Positions 51,001 through 62,256 of a DNA stretch of 64,000 bases are shown here, piece after piece. The position numbers were made by a program, and so were the translations under genes. Each line of letters begins with the position of its first letter. The stretch's first letter is position 1. The stretch lies in the NCBI RefSeq assembly GCF_001194135.2, contig NC_068991.1, positions 26,839,647 to 26,903,646 on the forward strand, given 5' to 3'. The stretch comes from Octopus bimaculoides. Its lineage: Eukaryota. The notes under the pieces are model-generated. The model worked only from the letters and a program-made list of their open reading frames with translations, did no database searches and was not told the origin of the DNA.

Positions 51001-53939
51001 GCGAGATCTCTGTCTACCTCTATCTCTCCCTCTCTTTGTCTCTATCTCTCTCTCTCTTTGTCTCTATCTCTCTCTCACTCTCTCTCTCTTTCTCCCTCCC
51101 CCCTCTCTCTCTCTCGCTATATATATATATATATATACACACACACNNNNNNNNNNNNNNNNNNNNNNNNNNNNNNNNNNNNNNNNNNNNNNNNNNNNNN
51201 NNNNNNNNNNNNNNNNNNNNNNNNNNNNNNNNNNNNNNNNNNNNNNNNNNNNNNNNNNNNNNNNNNNNNNNNNNNNNNNNNNNNNNNNNNNNNNNNNNNN
51301 NNNNNNNNNNNNNNNNATATATATATCCATATACTTATATAGATACACACACACACATATATGCACATATAACTATAAGTATACGTGCGCACACTTTTGT
51401 GTCCATGGTAGGAATTTCATTTCTGCTGCATTTTATGTCTCTATAATGCATTTGACCTTCAGTTTTGACAAAGCGCATCTTTGGCTTATATAAATCATAT
51501 ACATTTACGTTCAATGCGTGGGATATAATCTTGTCCACTGACTTATAACATTCCTTCTTAAACAAAATGGTTGTATAAATACCATGTTAGTATCTTCCAT
51601 TTGCACATAGAAAGAATTTTACTTTCTATAAAATATATTACATTGCAAAGATATGCAACATTGATATTGTTTTAATCTAACCTTGTTCTCTTAAATGTCG
51701 TGAGTAGAACAAAAACAAAAGTAAATATAATTTCTTTCTAGGTATGTGTGGTTGTTTTGGAAATATATTGGTAAACATTGAAACAATGATTTTCACAATT
51801 TGTGGCAGAAAAAATATTCCCAATTACAGCCATAAAATCTGTTTATAAGATATTTTCGAATTTCACTAGACAATAGTTTACATATTAAATAACTCAGTCC
51901 AAACCTATCCCTGATTATTTTTGTTTCATTTTCGTATAAATTCGTCTGTTTGATTAAATTGCTTTCCTGATTTATAGAAACATTTAAAGTCACCGATTCA
52001 TAAAAAATATACATTCTTGTTATTTAAAGAATACACACCATTGAAATAAATGTTTACGAAAGAATACATAAATCGTTATGTGCGCCATTCCGTTGACTCA
52101 TCGAAACTTTGATGGGCGCTGCAGAGGAAACACCCTCCCCAAGATACAGACAACAATGGATCTAAATCAAACCCAGTAGATACTGATAAGGAAACTGTTT
52201 AGTGCAAGCAAAGAAATATCTAAGATTCCACAAAACAAAACACCCGAAACCAAGATATAAGGGAACCTGAGAAAACTCTACATTTTCACAAGTTATACAT
52301 ACGTACGTATTTCACTCTGTTATATTGATACTAATAACCTAGAGGTAGATCTCGCCTGTGCACACACACACACACACATACATGCGTATGTATTTTATTC
52401 TTATACAGGAATGTTGTTGACAGTGACTTCGAAGTTTCGGTCAACTAGGTCATGGTCGGATAATGACTTTTTAAACTACGAAGTCACTGTCAACAACATT
52501 CTTACGTAAAAAGGATAAATTTGTACTCTACACAAGTATAGCGTAACCCATCAAAAATTCTTTATTGTTTTTATTATAAACATAAATACGAACACTNNNN
52601 NNNNNNNNNNNNNNNNNNNNNNNNNNNNNNNNNNNNNNNNNNNNNNNNNNNNNNNNNNNNNNNNNNNNNNNNNNNNNNNNNNNNNNNNNNNNNNNNNNNN
52701 NNNNNNNNNNNNNNNNNNNNNNNNNNNNNNNNNNNNNNNNNNNNNNNNNNNNNNNNNNNNNNNNNNNNNNNNNNNNNNNNNNNNNNNNNNNNNNNNNNNN
52801 NNNNNNNNNNNNNNNNNNNNNNNNNNNNNNNNNNNNNNNNNNNNNNNNNNNNNNNNNNNNNNNNNNNNNNNNNNNNNNNNNNNNNNNNNNNNNNNNNNNN
52901 NNNNNNNNNNNNNNNNNNNNNNNNNNNNNNNNNNNNNNNNNNNNNNNNNNNNNNNNNNNNNNNNNNNNNNNNNNNNNNNNNNNNNNNNNNNNNNNNNNNN
53001 NNNNNNNNNNNNNNNNNNNNNNNNNNNNNNNNNNNNNNNNNNNNNNNNNNNNNNNNNNNNNNNNNNNNNNNNNNNNNNNNNNNNNNNNNNNNNNNNNNNN
53101 NNNNNNNNNNNNNNNNNNNNNNNNNNNNNNNNNNNNNNNNNNNNNNNNNNNNNNNNNNNNNNNNNNNNNNNNNNNNNNNNNNNNNNNNNNNNNNNNNNNN
53201 NNNNNNNNNNNNNNNNNNNNNNNNNNNNNNNNNNNNNNNNNNNNNNNNNNNNNNNNNNNNNNNNNNNNNNNNNNNNNNNNNNNNNNNNNNNNNNNNNNNN
53301 NNNNNNNNNNNNNNNNNNNNNNNNNNNNNNNNNNNNNNNNNNNNNNNNNNNNNNNNNNNNNNNNNNNNNNNNNNNNNNNNNNNNNNNNNNNNNNNNNNNN
53401 NNNNNNNNNNNNNNNNNNNNNNNNNNNNNNNNNNNNNNNNNNNNNNNNNNNNNNNCAGAAATCGATAAACCTAGATGAAACTAACGATTGTCAAAGCTGT
53501 GCAAAAGAATCAGCCCCTCAAAAGACTAGTTAGAAACTTTTCTCACGGAAGCAAATTCCATATATAAACACAGTGATAGGGAAAATGAGCTTCATATAAG
53601 TGGAGGAAAGGTATACATTCTTTTTTTTATAGAAGTCGTTGAAACCTACCTTCACTTAAATTAAAAGAATTGGGGAGGTCTAATATGAATCATAAAAAAA
53701 GAAACAAATTACTTACAACATAGGAATAGGTTATTAATAATTTTATATTAGAAGTAGAAGTAAGTCCTATGAGAATCGTATCAGCAAATCCACGCTGGAT
53801 AAGGCGCCTGAAAAAACATACTGTAAACGAGGTATTTTAATCGGATACAATAAATTACAGAATTAGACGTACTAGAAACAAGCACAGAAAAAGTTAAGCG
53901 TTTGAAAACCGTGTTAAAACTACTGCATTGCATATTCTT

Positions 53940-54870
53940 ACTGATAAATGGCAAGAAAAATCTCTCAGTGGCAAATACCCAAAGAGAGCTAATAAAGCAC
54001 TTACCCATAAATGGTAATTGGCTTCTGGTTTAAAATCAGAAACAGAAGGGTTTATCACATCTTACCTACAATAAACTAGCAAGCCAACATATTAAGGAAC
54101 AGCAGCTGCCCAACATGTCGTGTATGTCAACAACAAAATGAAAATATTGATTCTGCTGTCTCCGTGTGCAGAATTGTTGCAGTATCTCAACAGTCATCTT
54201 TGGGCAGCACAATATATTCACTGGGTAATTTTCAAAAACCTGGACCTGCCCCATGATAAAAAAAAACTGGTGGGAACACAAACTACCTCCATTGCTTGAA
54301 AATGGTCACACCTCACTCCTCTAGAACTTCAGTGTTCAAACTGACAGACAGATAGATGCGAATAAGCCAGACTCTATATTGAAAGACTTCAGACAAAAAT
54401 CATGCCTCTTCATTGATATGACTGTCTCAATCGACATAAATGTATCTGTCAAGACCTACCAAAAACTGAGCAAATATAAAGATCTTGAAATAGAAATTGG
54501 CAAAATGAGGAACCTCAAGATTAAAACAATACCTGTTGTCATAGGTGCCCTAGGAATGATAGCAAAAGGGGCTGATTGCTACCTAGCTCAGATACCAGGA
54601 AACCTCAAAATGGCCGAAATCCAAAAGATAGTGCTCATGGGAACTGTCCATATCCTACGTAAAATACTGTCTAATCTCATATTTTAAAACAAATTCATAA
54701 TTTTCTTCTGTTTTCTTAGACATTCTCTAGAACAATACTATGTGCAAAACCAAATATATGACACCCTAGGCATAACGCCAACATGAAATTGCAACTTGTT
54801 GTCTCGTGAGGTCTCTAGGTGAGACTTGCAACTAACTTGTACAAATACTAATCAAAAGTCAAACATAATA
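53940..54870 (+). mobile_element. 5'-truncated R4/Dong LINE (zinc knuckle, REL endonuclease, 3' UTR, TAA tail)
   Basis: SGLKSETEGFI, CRVCQQQNEN, CLFIDMTVSIDINVSVKTYQKLSKYKDLEIEIGKMRNLKIKTIPVVIGALG...QKIVLMGTVHILRKILS. Confidence 0.92.
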
Positions 54871-54871
54871 C

Positions 54872-54930
<59 letters not shown>

Positions 54931-54934
54931 TAGG

Positions 54935-55054
54935 GAAAACAGTGTTATTAGGAACAGCTAGGAGACTTAGGAGGATTCTTGTCATCTAAGGTTACTTGTT
55001 GTAGCCCGTTGTAAGAATTTTTGTTTTCTAATAGTCTAATATGTTGTGGGTATA

Positions 55055-55057
<3 letters not shown>
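54935..55057 (+). mobile_element. Extreme 3' stub of another R4/Dong subfamily nested in the TAA tail
   Basis: KTVLLGTARRLRRILVI* plus a short UTR, with (TAA)n on both sides. Confidence 0.75.
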
Positions 55058-55139
<82 letters not shown>

Positions 55140-56789
55140 TGATACTCTAGGTACGCCAACCTGAACAAAAGCTCATGAATATTTTGTGAAAAAATATGAA
55201 AGAAGGAACATCTAGTATATTTACAATGTGAACTGATGAAAGCAGAATATTTAATAAAGCATCAAGCATGACCTATCGTATCTAGCAAGGATATCAGCAA
55301 TCCAGCAATGAATTCAAACATCTGAGCAACTTTGATCCCCATCCAACAGATTAACAAATCCCACTATTTGTGTTGGAACAACTAATCAAAATATGACATC
55401 AGTTTAATGAATTAAAGAGAAGTGCAATTTCATCGTACGCCTGGTTACTAGAGAGGATCGCAATATAGATTCTCAGAAACTAAATCACAAAGGCATCCGA
55501 CCTACAAGTCCAGAAGTTTTTTTCTAATAACACAGAACGTCGATACTCTACAACAAATCTATTGCTCACCTGGAAAGCGATTATATCTTACCAAAGGAGC
55601 ATAAAGTGTGTCGAGAATGGATATAACATGTAAAGGACAGTTGCTTATGAAAAGGAAATTGTTCGAAAACAGCGAGAAAAAAAAAAGACAAAAATAAACG
55701 TAGCAACTTAACACGGTATAGAATAATTTCCGAAAATATTCGATTTGAAAGCATATCCTAGGATACCGTGGCAGTGATAAATATTGGTAACACTCAATAT
55801 GATTAAAACAGTACTAATGGAGCGCGAAAAACAGGTAATTGAATCTATTATACCACTACAGAGATAAAGGAAGATTTGTAAAATCCTTTACCAAAAGGAG
55901 GAGACTATGAACGAGAGAGAGAAATATATATAGAGAGAGTGTGTGTGTGTGTTTGTGATACAGAGAGAAAGAGAGAGAGAGAGAGAGAAATAGTGAGATA
56001 GAGTCGGAGACAGACATTTTATCCCTCCTCTTTCTTACCTAGTACTGGTTTCATTAAAAACTATAGTGAATGAAATCAATAGCTGTAAATTCTACGCTGA
56101 CATATTTACTTTTCGTCGATTATATAAAACAATATGCAAATGCTAATACCAATCTAAGGAACCAGCTAAAATTGTTTACGTATTCAGCTTTGATACGAAA
56201 GTGAATATTTGGCTTCATAATTGTGCTAAATGTAATTATAGAACAGCAAACAAAACTGAGAATATTAAACTAGATTCTGTTATTAAGAAAAAGAAATACA
56301 ACATAAGCACTTGCTTAGGTGTAGAGAAGTTTGATAATGGGGCAGGGCATCTGAAGAGTTCGAGACATGAAGGAGTATCACAATAATAAAAAAAAGACAA
56401 TAACTCACAGCTATGAGCAAGCTAACAAGAATAAACAGCTATCCTAGTTTATAAATACAGACTACATATGAATAATTGGAAATTGAATGGACTAGCTGAA
56501 AGAGGGAAAGTAAAAAGCCGACAGCGTTCAGTGATTATGATTCATAAGCTGATACAACTAATCAGCATACAGAGAAGAAAAATAGGCCTAATACTTATTG
56601 GGGGAAACTATAAAATACAAACTATGGGCCTACAAAAATATACCAACGCAAGCAAAAAGCATGGGAAAATGTATTAGTGTAATAAAGACATATACAGGAA
56701 GAGATTTTCAGTATTGTAAGAAAAAAGTACAATTTCAGCTAGAATCTAACTGCACACTGGTTGGTCAGGGCTAGATATATATTCATTTT

Positions 56790-56990
56790 AAATGTTGACA
56801 CAAAACTAGCAATTTCCGGGAAGGGCATAAGTCGATTACAACGGCCCCAGTGTTCAACAGGTACTTAATTTATCGACCACAAAGGATAACAAGCAAAGTC
56901 AACCTCGACCGAATTTGAACTCAAAACGTAACGACAAACTAAATGCCGGTAATTAACTTGCCCGGCGTGCTAACAATTCTGCCAGCTCGA
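56790..56990 (-). mobile_element. tRNA-derived SINE (family A)
   Basis: gtcgattacaacggccccagtg...gaatttgaactcaaaacgta...ctaacaattctgccagctcg. Confidence 0.9.
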
Positions 56991-56994
56991 TGCC

Positions 56995-57935
56995 CTCAGA
57001 GTCACATATATATCACAAGATAATTACGAAGTAGCATCTGTGAGACGACACTGTCTTGTTGGAAGACGTACGGTCTTCCGGTGCGTGCTCTGTCCGTCCA
57101 GGACCCCACAACATTCTCCAACATCTCTGAGTAGATAGCGGAAATGACTCTTAAGGCTTGACTACTCCTTCGTTGCTGACAAGTCCCAGATGCATCAAAT
57201 TAGCTGAGCACTTAGTATGTATGACTGTTGGAAAATCATTCGGGTCTCTTCGGTTTCCTTTTTAGTCGTGATCGATTTTTTTCTCATCGGAAAAAACGAA
57301 AGAATTTCAACCTGTTCGTGTTTTAACTTGTTTAGCAGGCGCTTTGCACGGATCGAACGATTCAGTCTTGTCACATCTGCCAGAAACAAATTACATTGTA
57401 TCGGATGTCCACACGCACAACTATTCTGGTGGTGCCTTCTGAAACCTTGAAATTATTTGCAATAGCTCTGACTGACATCCCGAGGGTTATATTGAATTCT
57501 TCTTGGACTTTTCAAGTAAAAATGTGTATTTTGGTTATAGCATGACGCTGTGCACGCTTTTTCTGTTTAACTGTTGAGATGGATTCCCGACAGCAGCTTC
57601 AAGTTCCTTTCGAACTTTAACGACGAAGGATAGGGCAAGTTTTAGGAAGCGAGCTATTCTTGTATAACTATACTGCGCTTTTGATAAAACGATTACGATT
57701 AATGCGAGCCTCTGTATTTGTTCAGTCACGCTAAGGAGACTAAATGTTAATCGAGATCAGTATGTCCGTGTATAAATCGTATACAGACACACCTGCATAT
57801 ATCCATGCATAGACGGACATGTGCAAACATTTACATATACATGTCAATGGACAAGTCAGTCACATGCATATAAATGTGCATGTATAGGAAAATATACTCC
57901 TATGCACGCCGGCGTGCGGTTTCAGGATCCACTGT
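56995..57935 (-). mobile_element. maT/DD37D-like transposon 5' half
   Basis: RIARFLKLALSFVVKVRKELE, RAKRLLNKLKH; TACAGTGG-type end near 57933. Confidence 0.75.
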
Positions 57936-58974
57936 AAGATCACAATCTAACATCATGCAAGGGTTTATATATAGAAAAATAAAGAAGACAAAAATGGGTT
58001 AGGTTCACTACAGCTGTTTCAGACACGTTTTTTTACTGATCAATTAACCAATTATATCATGTAAAAAAAAAAAAATTCTTTCGGTGAATTAAAAAATTTA
58101 GTTCGGAAAAAATACCAAGATATGGAATTTGTGTTTACCCTCTCATTTTGGCAATAAATAATTTGTTACAAACACTCGGGTGCAAACCATGGACAATCAA
58201 ATTTCAGATTATGTAAGAACATAACAGTACAGTTTACATTTATTTTGAACATGTGTGATGTCATTCTTCTCACCTCACCAGATAATTATTTGTACTATTT
58301 TAAAGGAGGTGACTTTGGAATTATATTTAGGAGTTATCTAGCAAGGTTTATTTCTTGATAATTAATAGAATGAATAATTAGACGCAAATACTCAATGGTG
58401 AGTATTATGTCGTTTTTAAAATCAGAAAATAAACTTCGAGGTCAGAAAGCATTTATGCAAATCCGTGATAAATCATTAATGTATTTTTAATACTATATCA
58501 ATAAAATTTACCAACATTTAAACAATGAATAGTATAACAAGAAAGATCTGTTGAAATCGTTTTCATAAATTATGTATAGTATATACTTCAACTAATATCG
58601 TTTTGGAAATTAGGTTTAACTTGATAGCAACTGAAATGTGCTTTTGCAGTTTCCATTAATAACCTGCTCTTGTCAAATTGCCCAGCTTACAACTAAAAAA
58701 TGCATTTTACAGAATACATCACAGGACATGAATTATTCATTTGCTGATTCATGCGATTAATGCGAGCCTCTGTATTTGTTCAGTCACGCTAAGGAGACTA
58801 AATATTAATCGAGATCAGTATGTCCGTGTATAAATCGTATACAGACACACCTGCATATATCCATGCATAGACGGACATGTGCAAACATTTACATATACAT
58901 GTCAATGGACACGTCAGTCACATACATACACTGATACGCACTACACGAATATTGCATTGAAATATTTATCTGAA

Positions 58975-59145
58975 TTTTGGCACAAGGACAGAAATTTCGG
59001 GTGAAGGGACAGAATCGATTACATCGACACCAGAAGGGATGTAACGAAAAGTCGAGGTGGGTGGAATTTGAACTCAGAAAATAAAGACGGGTCAAAACGT
59101 CATTAAGTATTTTGTTCGGCGTAGTAATGATTCAACCATTTTGCC
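58975..59145 (-). mobile_element. tRNA-derived SINE (family A)
   Basis: ggcacaagg...atcgattacatcgacaccag...ggaatttgaactcagaa. Confidence 0.8.
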
Positions 59146-60518
59146 GTCTTATTGTACTATAAAGTATCGAACACAAATACGCAGCCGTAATTGGGACTGT
59201 GTCGTTGGAACTAACCGACTATTTTGTGAATTACCACGAATACATATGATATTTACATCGATAATTACTTTTCGAATGAATTTTATTATCATAAAACAGC
59301 TGTTGATAGAAAATATTATTTCAAAAATGTAAACAGAATAAATCTAGGAAACAAAACAAAAATTGCTTTAACTATGATATAATATTTGATGTTAAATGCA
59401 AACATATTTTCATTGTATTATAGAAATTGGTAACAGTATTTAAGATCTTGCGCAATGTGGCACTTAATTCGCTATGAAGTTAAAGAAGCATGAAACGATA
59501 TATCAGAAGAAAAAAAAAATTTTTAACGACAAAAACAGTAACTGATGGTTTTGTGTAACGTGATATGACAATCTTTTTGTACATTTCTCAGATGGTGAAG
59601 TTGATGGTGAAAATAAATATTGAAGGTTATGGTTTTTACGACTGTTATTATGATCATATTCGTGAACGATGTAAGCGACGACGACGACGATTTTGGTAAT
59701 GATCAGAATGATGATGATGTCGATGATAATGAAGGGGAGGAGTAGGAGGAGAAAGAGAGAGAGGAGGAAGGAAGAAAGCGAGCACTGGAGCATGAGATTG
59801 ACCACGGCGATGACGACCATGACAATGGTGAGGGTGATGATAATGACTTCAGTGCTAATGTTGGAACGATTATATTCAAATTTCTTGTTTGTTTTTGTTT
59901 ATTGTTTTCTTCGTTTTGATGTGGGGATTGCGAATTGTTGCGTAATTATTGTTTATTGGTAAAATGTGAGACAATTAAAGTTTATTTCATTATCAGAATA
60001 TTCTTCTAACTAAAAATTCCCAATTGAGAATAAAACAACTGTGAGATTTCTTTCCATGTGCGCTGTCGACAAACGGACATTTTATTTTATTTTACTTCCT
60101 AATGTTTCATTTAACTATCACAGTGTGTCTGATTAGACAAATTAAATGACTTTCACGGTGAATGGTTGTTTCATTCAAATTAAAACGAACATTAACATTT
60201 AACAAAGTAAACTTTATGTATAATTGTATTAGACATAATTTACGGAAATGATATTTATGAATATAATTGCAGCGTATTACTGGGAACCATTCGATAAGAA
60301 TGCTTTGGAATAATACGTTTATTACTGTAAAATGATATAACGTATTATTTTGTGTCAAATATGAGTCAAATATGAATATCTTTAGTGGGTGGTAACAGAC
60401 TACATTCTCTCGATTTCCTATAATTCAGACCACCGCATGGTTCCAGCAGACAAAATGGAAAAGGCATTACCCTAGAAGATGGAGCGGGAGATGAGCTAGA
60501 ACACCCACTCCGACTCAC

Positions 60519-60641
60519 GGGACTCGCACTTGCGGATAGCCATGTCCTCCGCGACAGACGTGAGCAGTGATAGGGTCCGGTGGCCGAAAACGCCGAAGGT
60601 CTCCGTTATCACATGCTTGACCATGAACAACAGGTTGTTAT
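60519..60641 (-). CDS. Coding exon A of an unidentified minus-strand gene: xNNLLFMVKHVITETFGVFGHRTLSLLTSVAEDMAIRKCESx (read-through adds RESEWVF*, stop at 60496-60498)
   Basis: Acceptor tgtttatag at 60642 and consensus donor C|GTGAGT at 60518; 123 nt, phase 1-1. Only one frame is open, and 31 of 38 codons from CTG to TCC end in G/C in an AT-rich background. An in-frame ATG lies at 60651. Protein family not recognised. Confidence 0.7.
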
Positions 60642-61019
60642 CTATAAACATTACAGCAGGATGTTAATCTCGGGAATCTGAATAACTGTTATAATCTACA
60701 TGACGTATACTGACTCATTTCCCAATTTTTCGCTAGGTATTAAAATAAATGCCTCAAATCGTTAGATTGCAGAAGTGAGTTAATATAACACACACACCAC
60801 ACGTGCTTTCCCACTCTCGTCTCCTCCTCCCCCACCTCCCAACACCATCACACCACACCACACTACACCATACCACACAACACATCACATCACAGCACAC
60901 CACCAGGCACACACCAGAACTGACTCATTCCCATCCTCACGTTTTCACACCTTCACACCTACATATACACACGTATACGTTAAGATCACCAGCATTCTCT
61001 CTCACACACGCACCTTCTT

Positions 61020-61275
61020 TTTGGGATCACTACGACATTGTTATCTCCCCTTCTTCTTAACTCTCCTGTATGACCCTTCTGTCCGGCATTCGCTATTATA
61101 GATCGCTGACCACTACACACATTTTTTTCTATCCTTGTTTCTTTCCGTGTTCCTTTCTGTAGAAGAGCGTAGGCTCGAAACGTTAAAGACTTTCTCAATT
61201 CCCCCCGAGCGTTAAACTAATACATCTGTTTGTTTTCAACACCACCTGTCTTCGTTTGTTGTTTTTTGTGAATTC
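61020..61275 (+). mobile_element. Penelope-type terminal (pseudo-LTR) segment containing a minimal hammerhead-like motif (61153-61188)
   Basis: Shares ccactacaca...ctttctgtRgaagagcgtaggYYcgaaacgttaaagac...cgagcgtta with the segment next to the PLE endonuclease at 9.5 kb. Confidence 0.7.
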
Positions 61276-61316
61276 TCTCTATATATATGTATATGTATAT
61301 ATGTTTGTATGTATGT

Positions 61317-61362
<46 letters not shown>

Positions 61363-61679
61363 ACATGTGCGTATATGTATATTTGTCTAATTGTGTGTAT
61401 ATAAATATGCATAAGCATTATAATACACAGAGAATACATGTACTCGCACACGTATTTGGTAGGAACTGCTGGGCATGGTTACCGTAACGAATTTCAGCAG
61501 AGCTGCTGATGATGATATATCTCTATATACTATCTCTAGATAAAAATCTTTATACAGTTATAACTAAGTAGCTTTTTGTAAGTGCACCATTTCTCTTCGT
61601 TCATTAGTGTAGCTATGTGGTACTCGACACATCAACACAGAAACAGAAACTCCGATTGTAGACATAAGTGTCGGTGTCA

Positions 61680-62125
61680 TGTTTTGGCACAAGTCCAGCA
61701 ATTTCTGGGGATGGTTAAGTCGATTACATTGATCCTAATGCTCAAATGGTAATTATTTTATCAACAGAATCTTTACTGATACAAGGATGAAAGGCGAGGT
61801 CGACCTTGGTGGAATTTGAACTCAGAACATGAGGATAGACGAAATGCCGTTAATCTTCTTTTTTTCCGACGTGCTAATGATTCTTCCAGCTCTTTGACTT
61901 ATTGTAGCCATAAATATTCGTTTCAATTTTGGCACACGGCCAGAAGTTTTAGGAGAGGGAAAAGTCGATTAAGATCGACCCCAGTGCTGAATTGGTAATT
62001 ATTTTATTAAGCCCGAAGGAAAAATAAAAGTCAAGGTCGACTTCGGAGGAATTTCAATTCAGAATATGAAGACAGATGAAGTACCGCTAAACATTTCCCC
62101 CCACTGTGCTTACGATTTCACCTGT
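61680..62125 (-). mobile_element. Two tandem family A SINEs (about 61680-61885 and 61925-62125)
   Basis: Each has ggcac..., gtcgattaNatNgaNccNaNtgct, and aggtcgac...ggaattt.aa.tcagaa. Confidence 0.85.
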
Positions 62126-62207
62126 TCGTTGACTCATTGTATCCATAAATAGTGAGATTTCATTTATAGTCTAGTACATGTTCAAGTCTAGTTCATTATT
62201 TCCATGG

Positions 62208-62256
62208 CTTAAGCGGTGAGCTGGCAGAATCGTTAGCACGCCGGGCAAAATGCTTA
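62208..62256 (+). mobile_element. Family A SINE head only
   Basis: aagcggtgagctggcagaatcgttagcacgccgggcaaaatgcttag...gagttcaaattc. Confidence 0.75.

Noticed and set aside
55560-55650. Minus-strand tttccag|gtgagc (recursive-splice-like site) and a nearby 52-nt pseudo-exon; a similar plus-strand tatacag|gtaaat at about 8980
   Set aside because: The pyrimidine tracts are short and such motifs are expected by chance in 60 kb of AT-rich DNA.
60480-60555. Short possible duplex between exon A (GCGGAGGACAUGG) and downstream GCUCAUCUCCCGC, placing an A-C mismatch in the Glu codon
   Set aside because: Only about 11 interrupted pairs, too weak to claim an editing-complementary sequence without data.
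60519-60561. Resemblance of SVAEDMAIRKC to Wnt (SVAEGxxxAIxEC) or PFKFB (HTVLKLTPVA) motifs
   Set aside because: Spacing is wrong and the other invariant residues of those families are missing, so no gene symbol was assigned.
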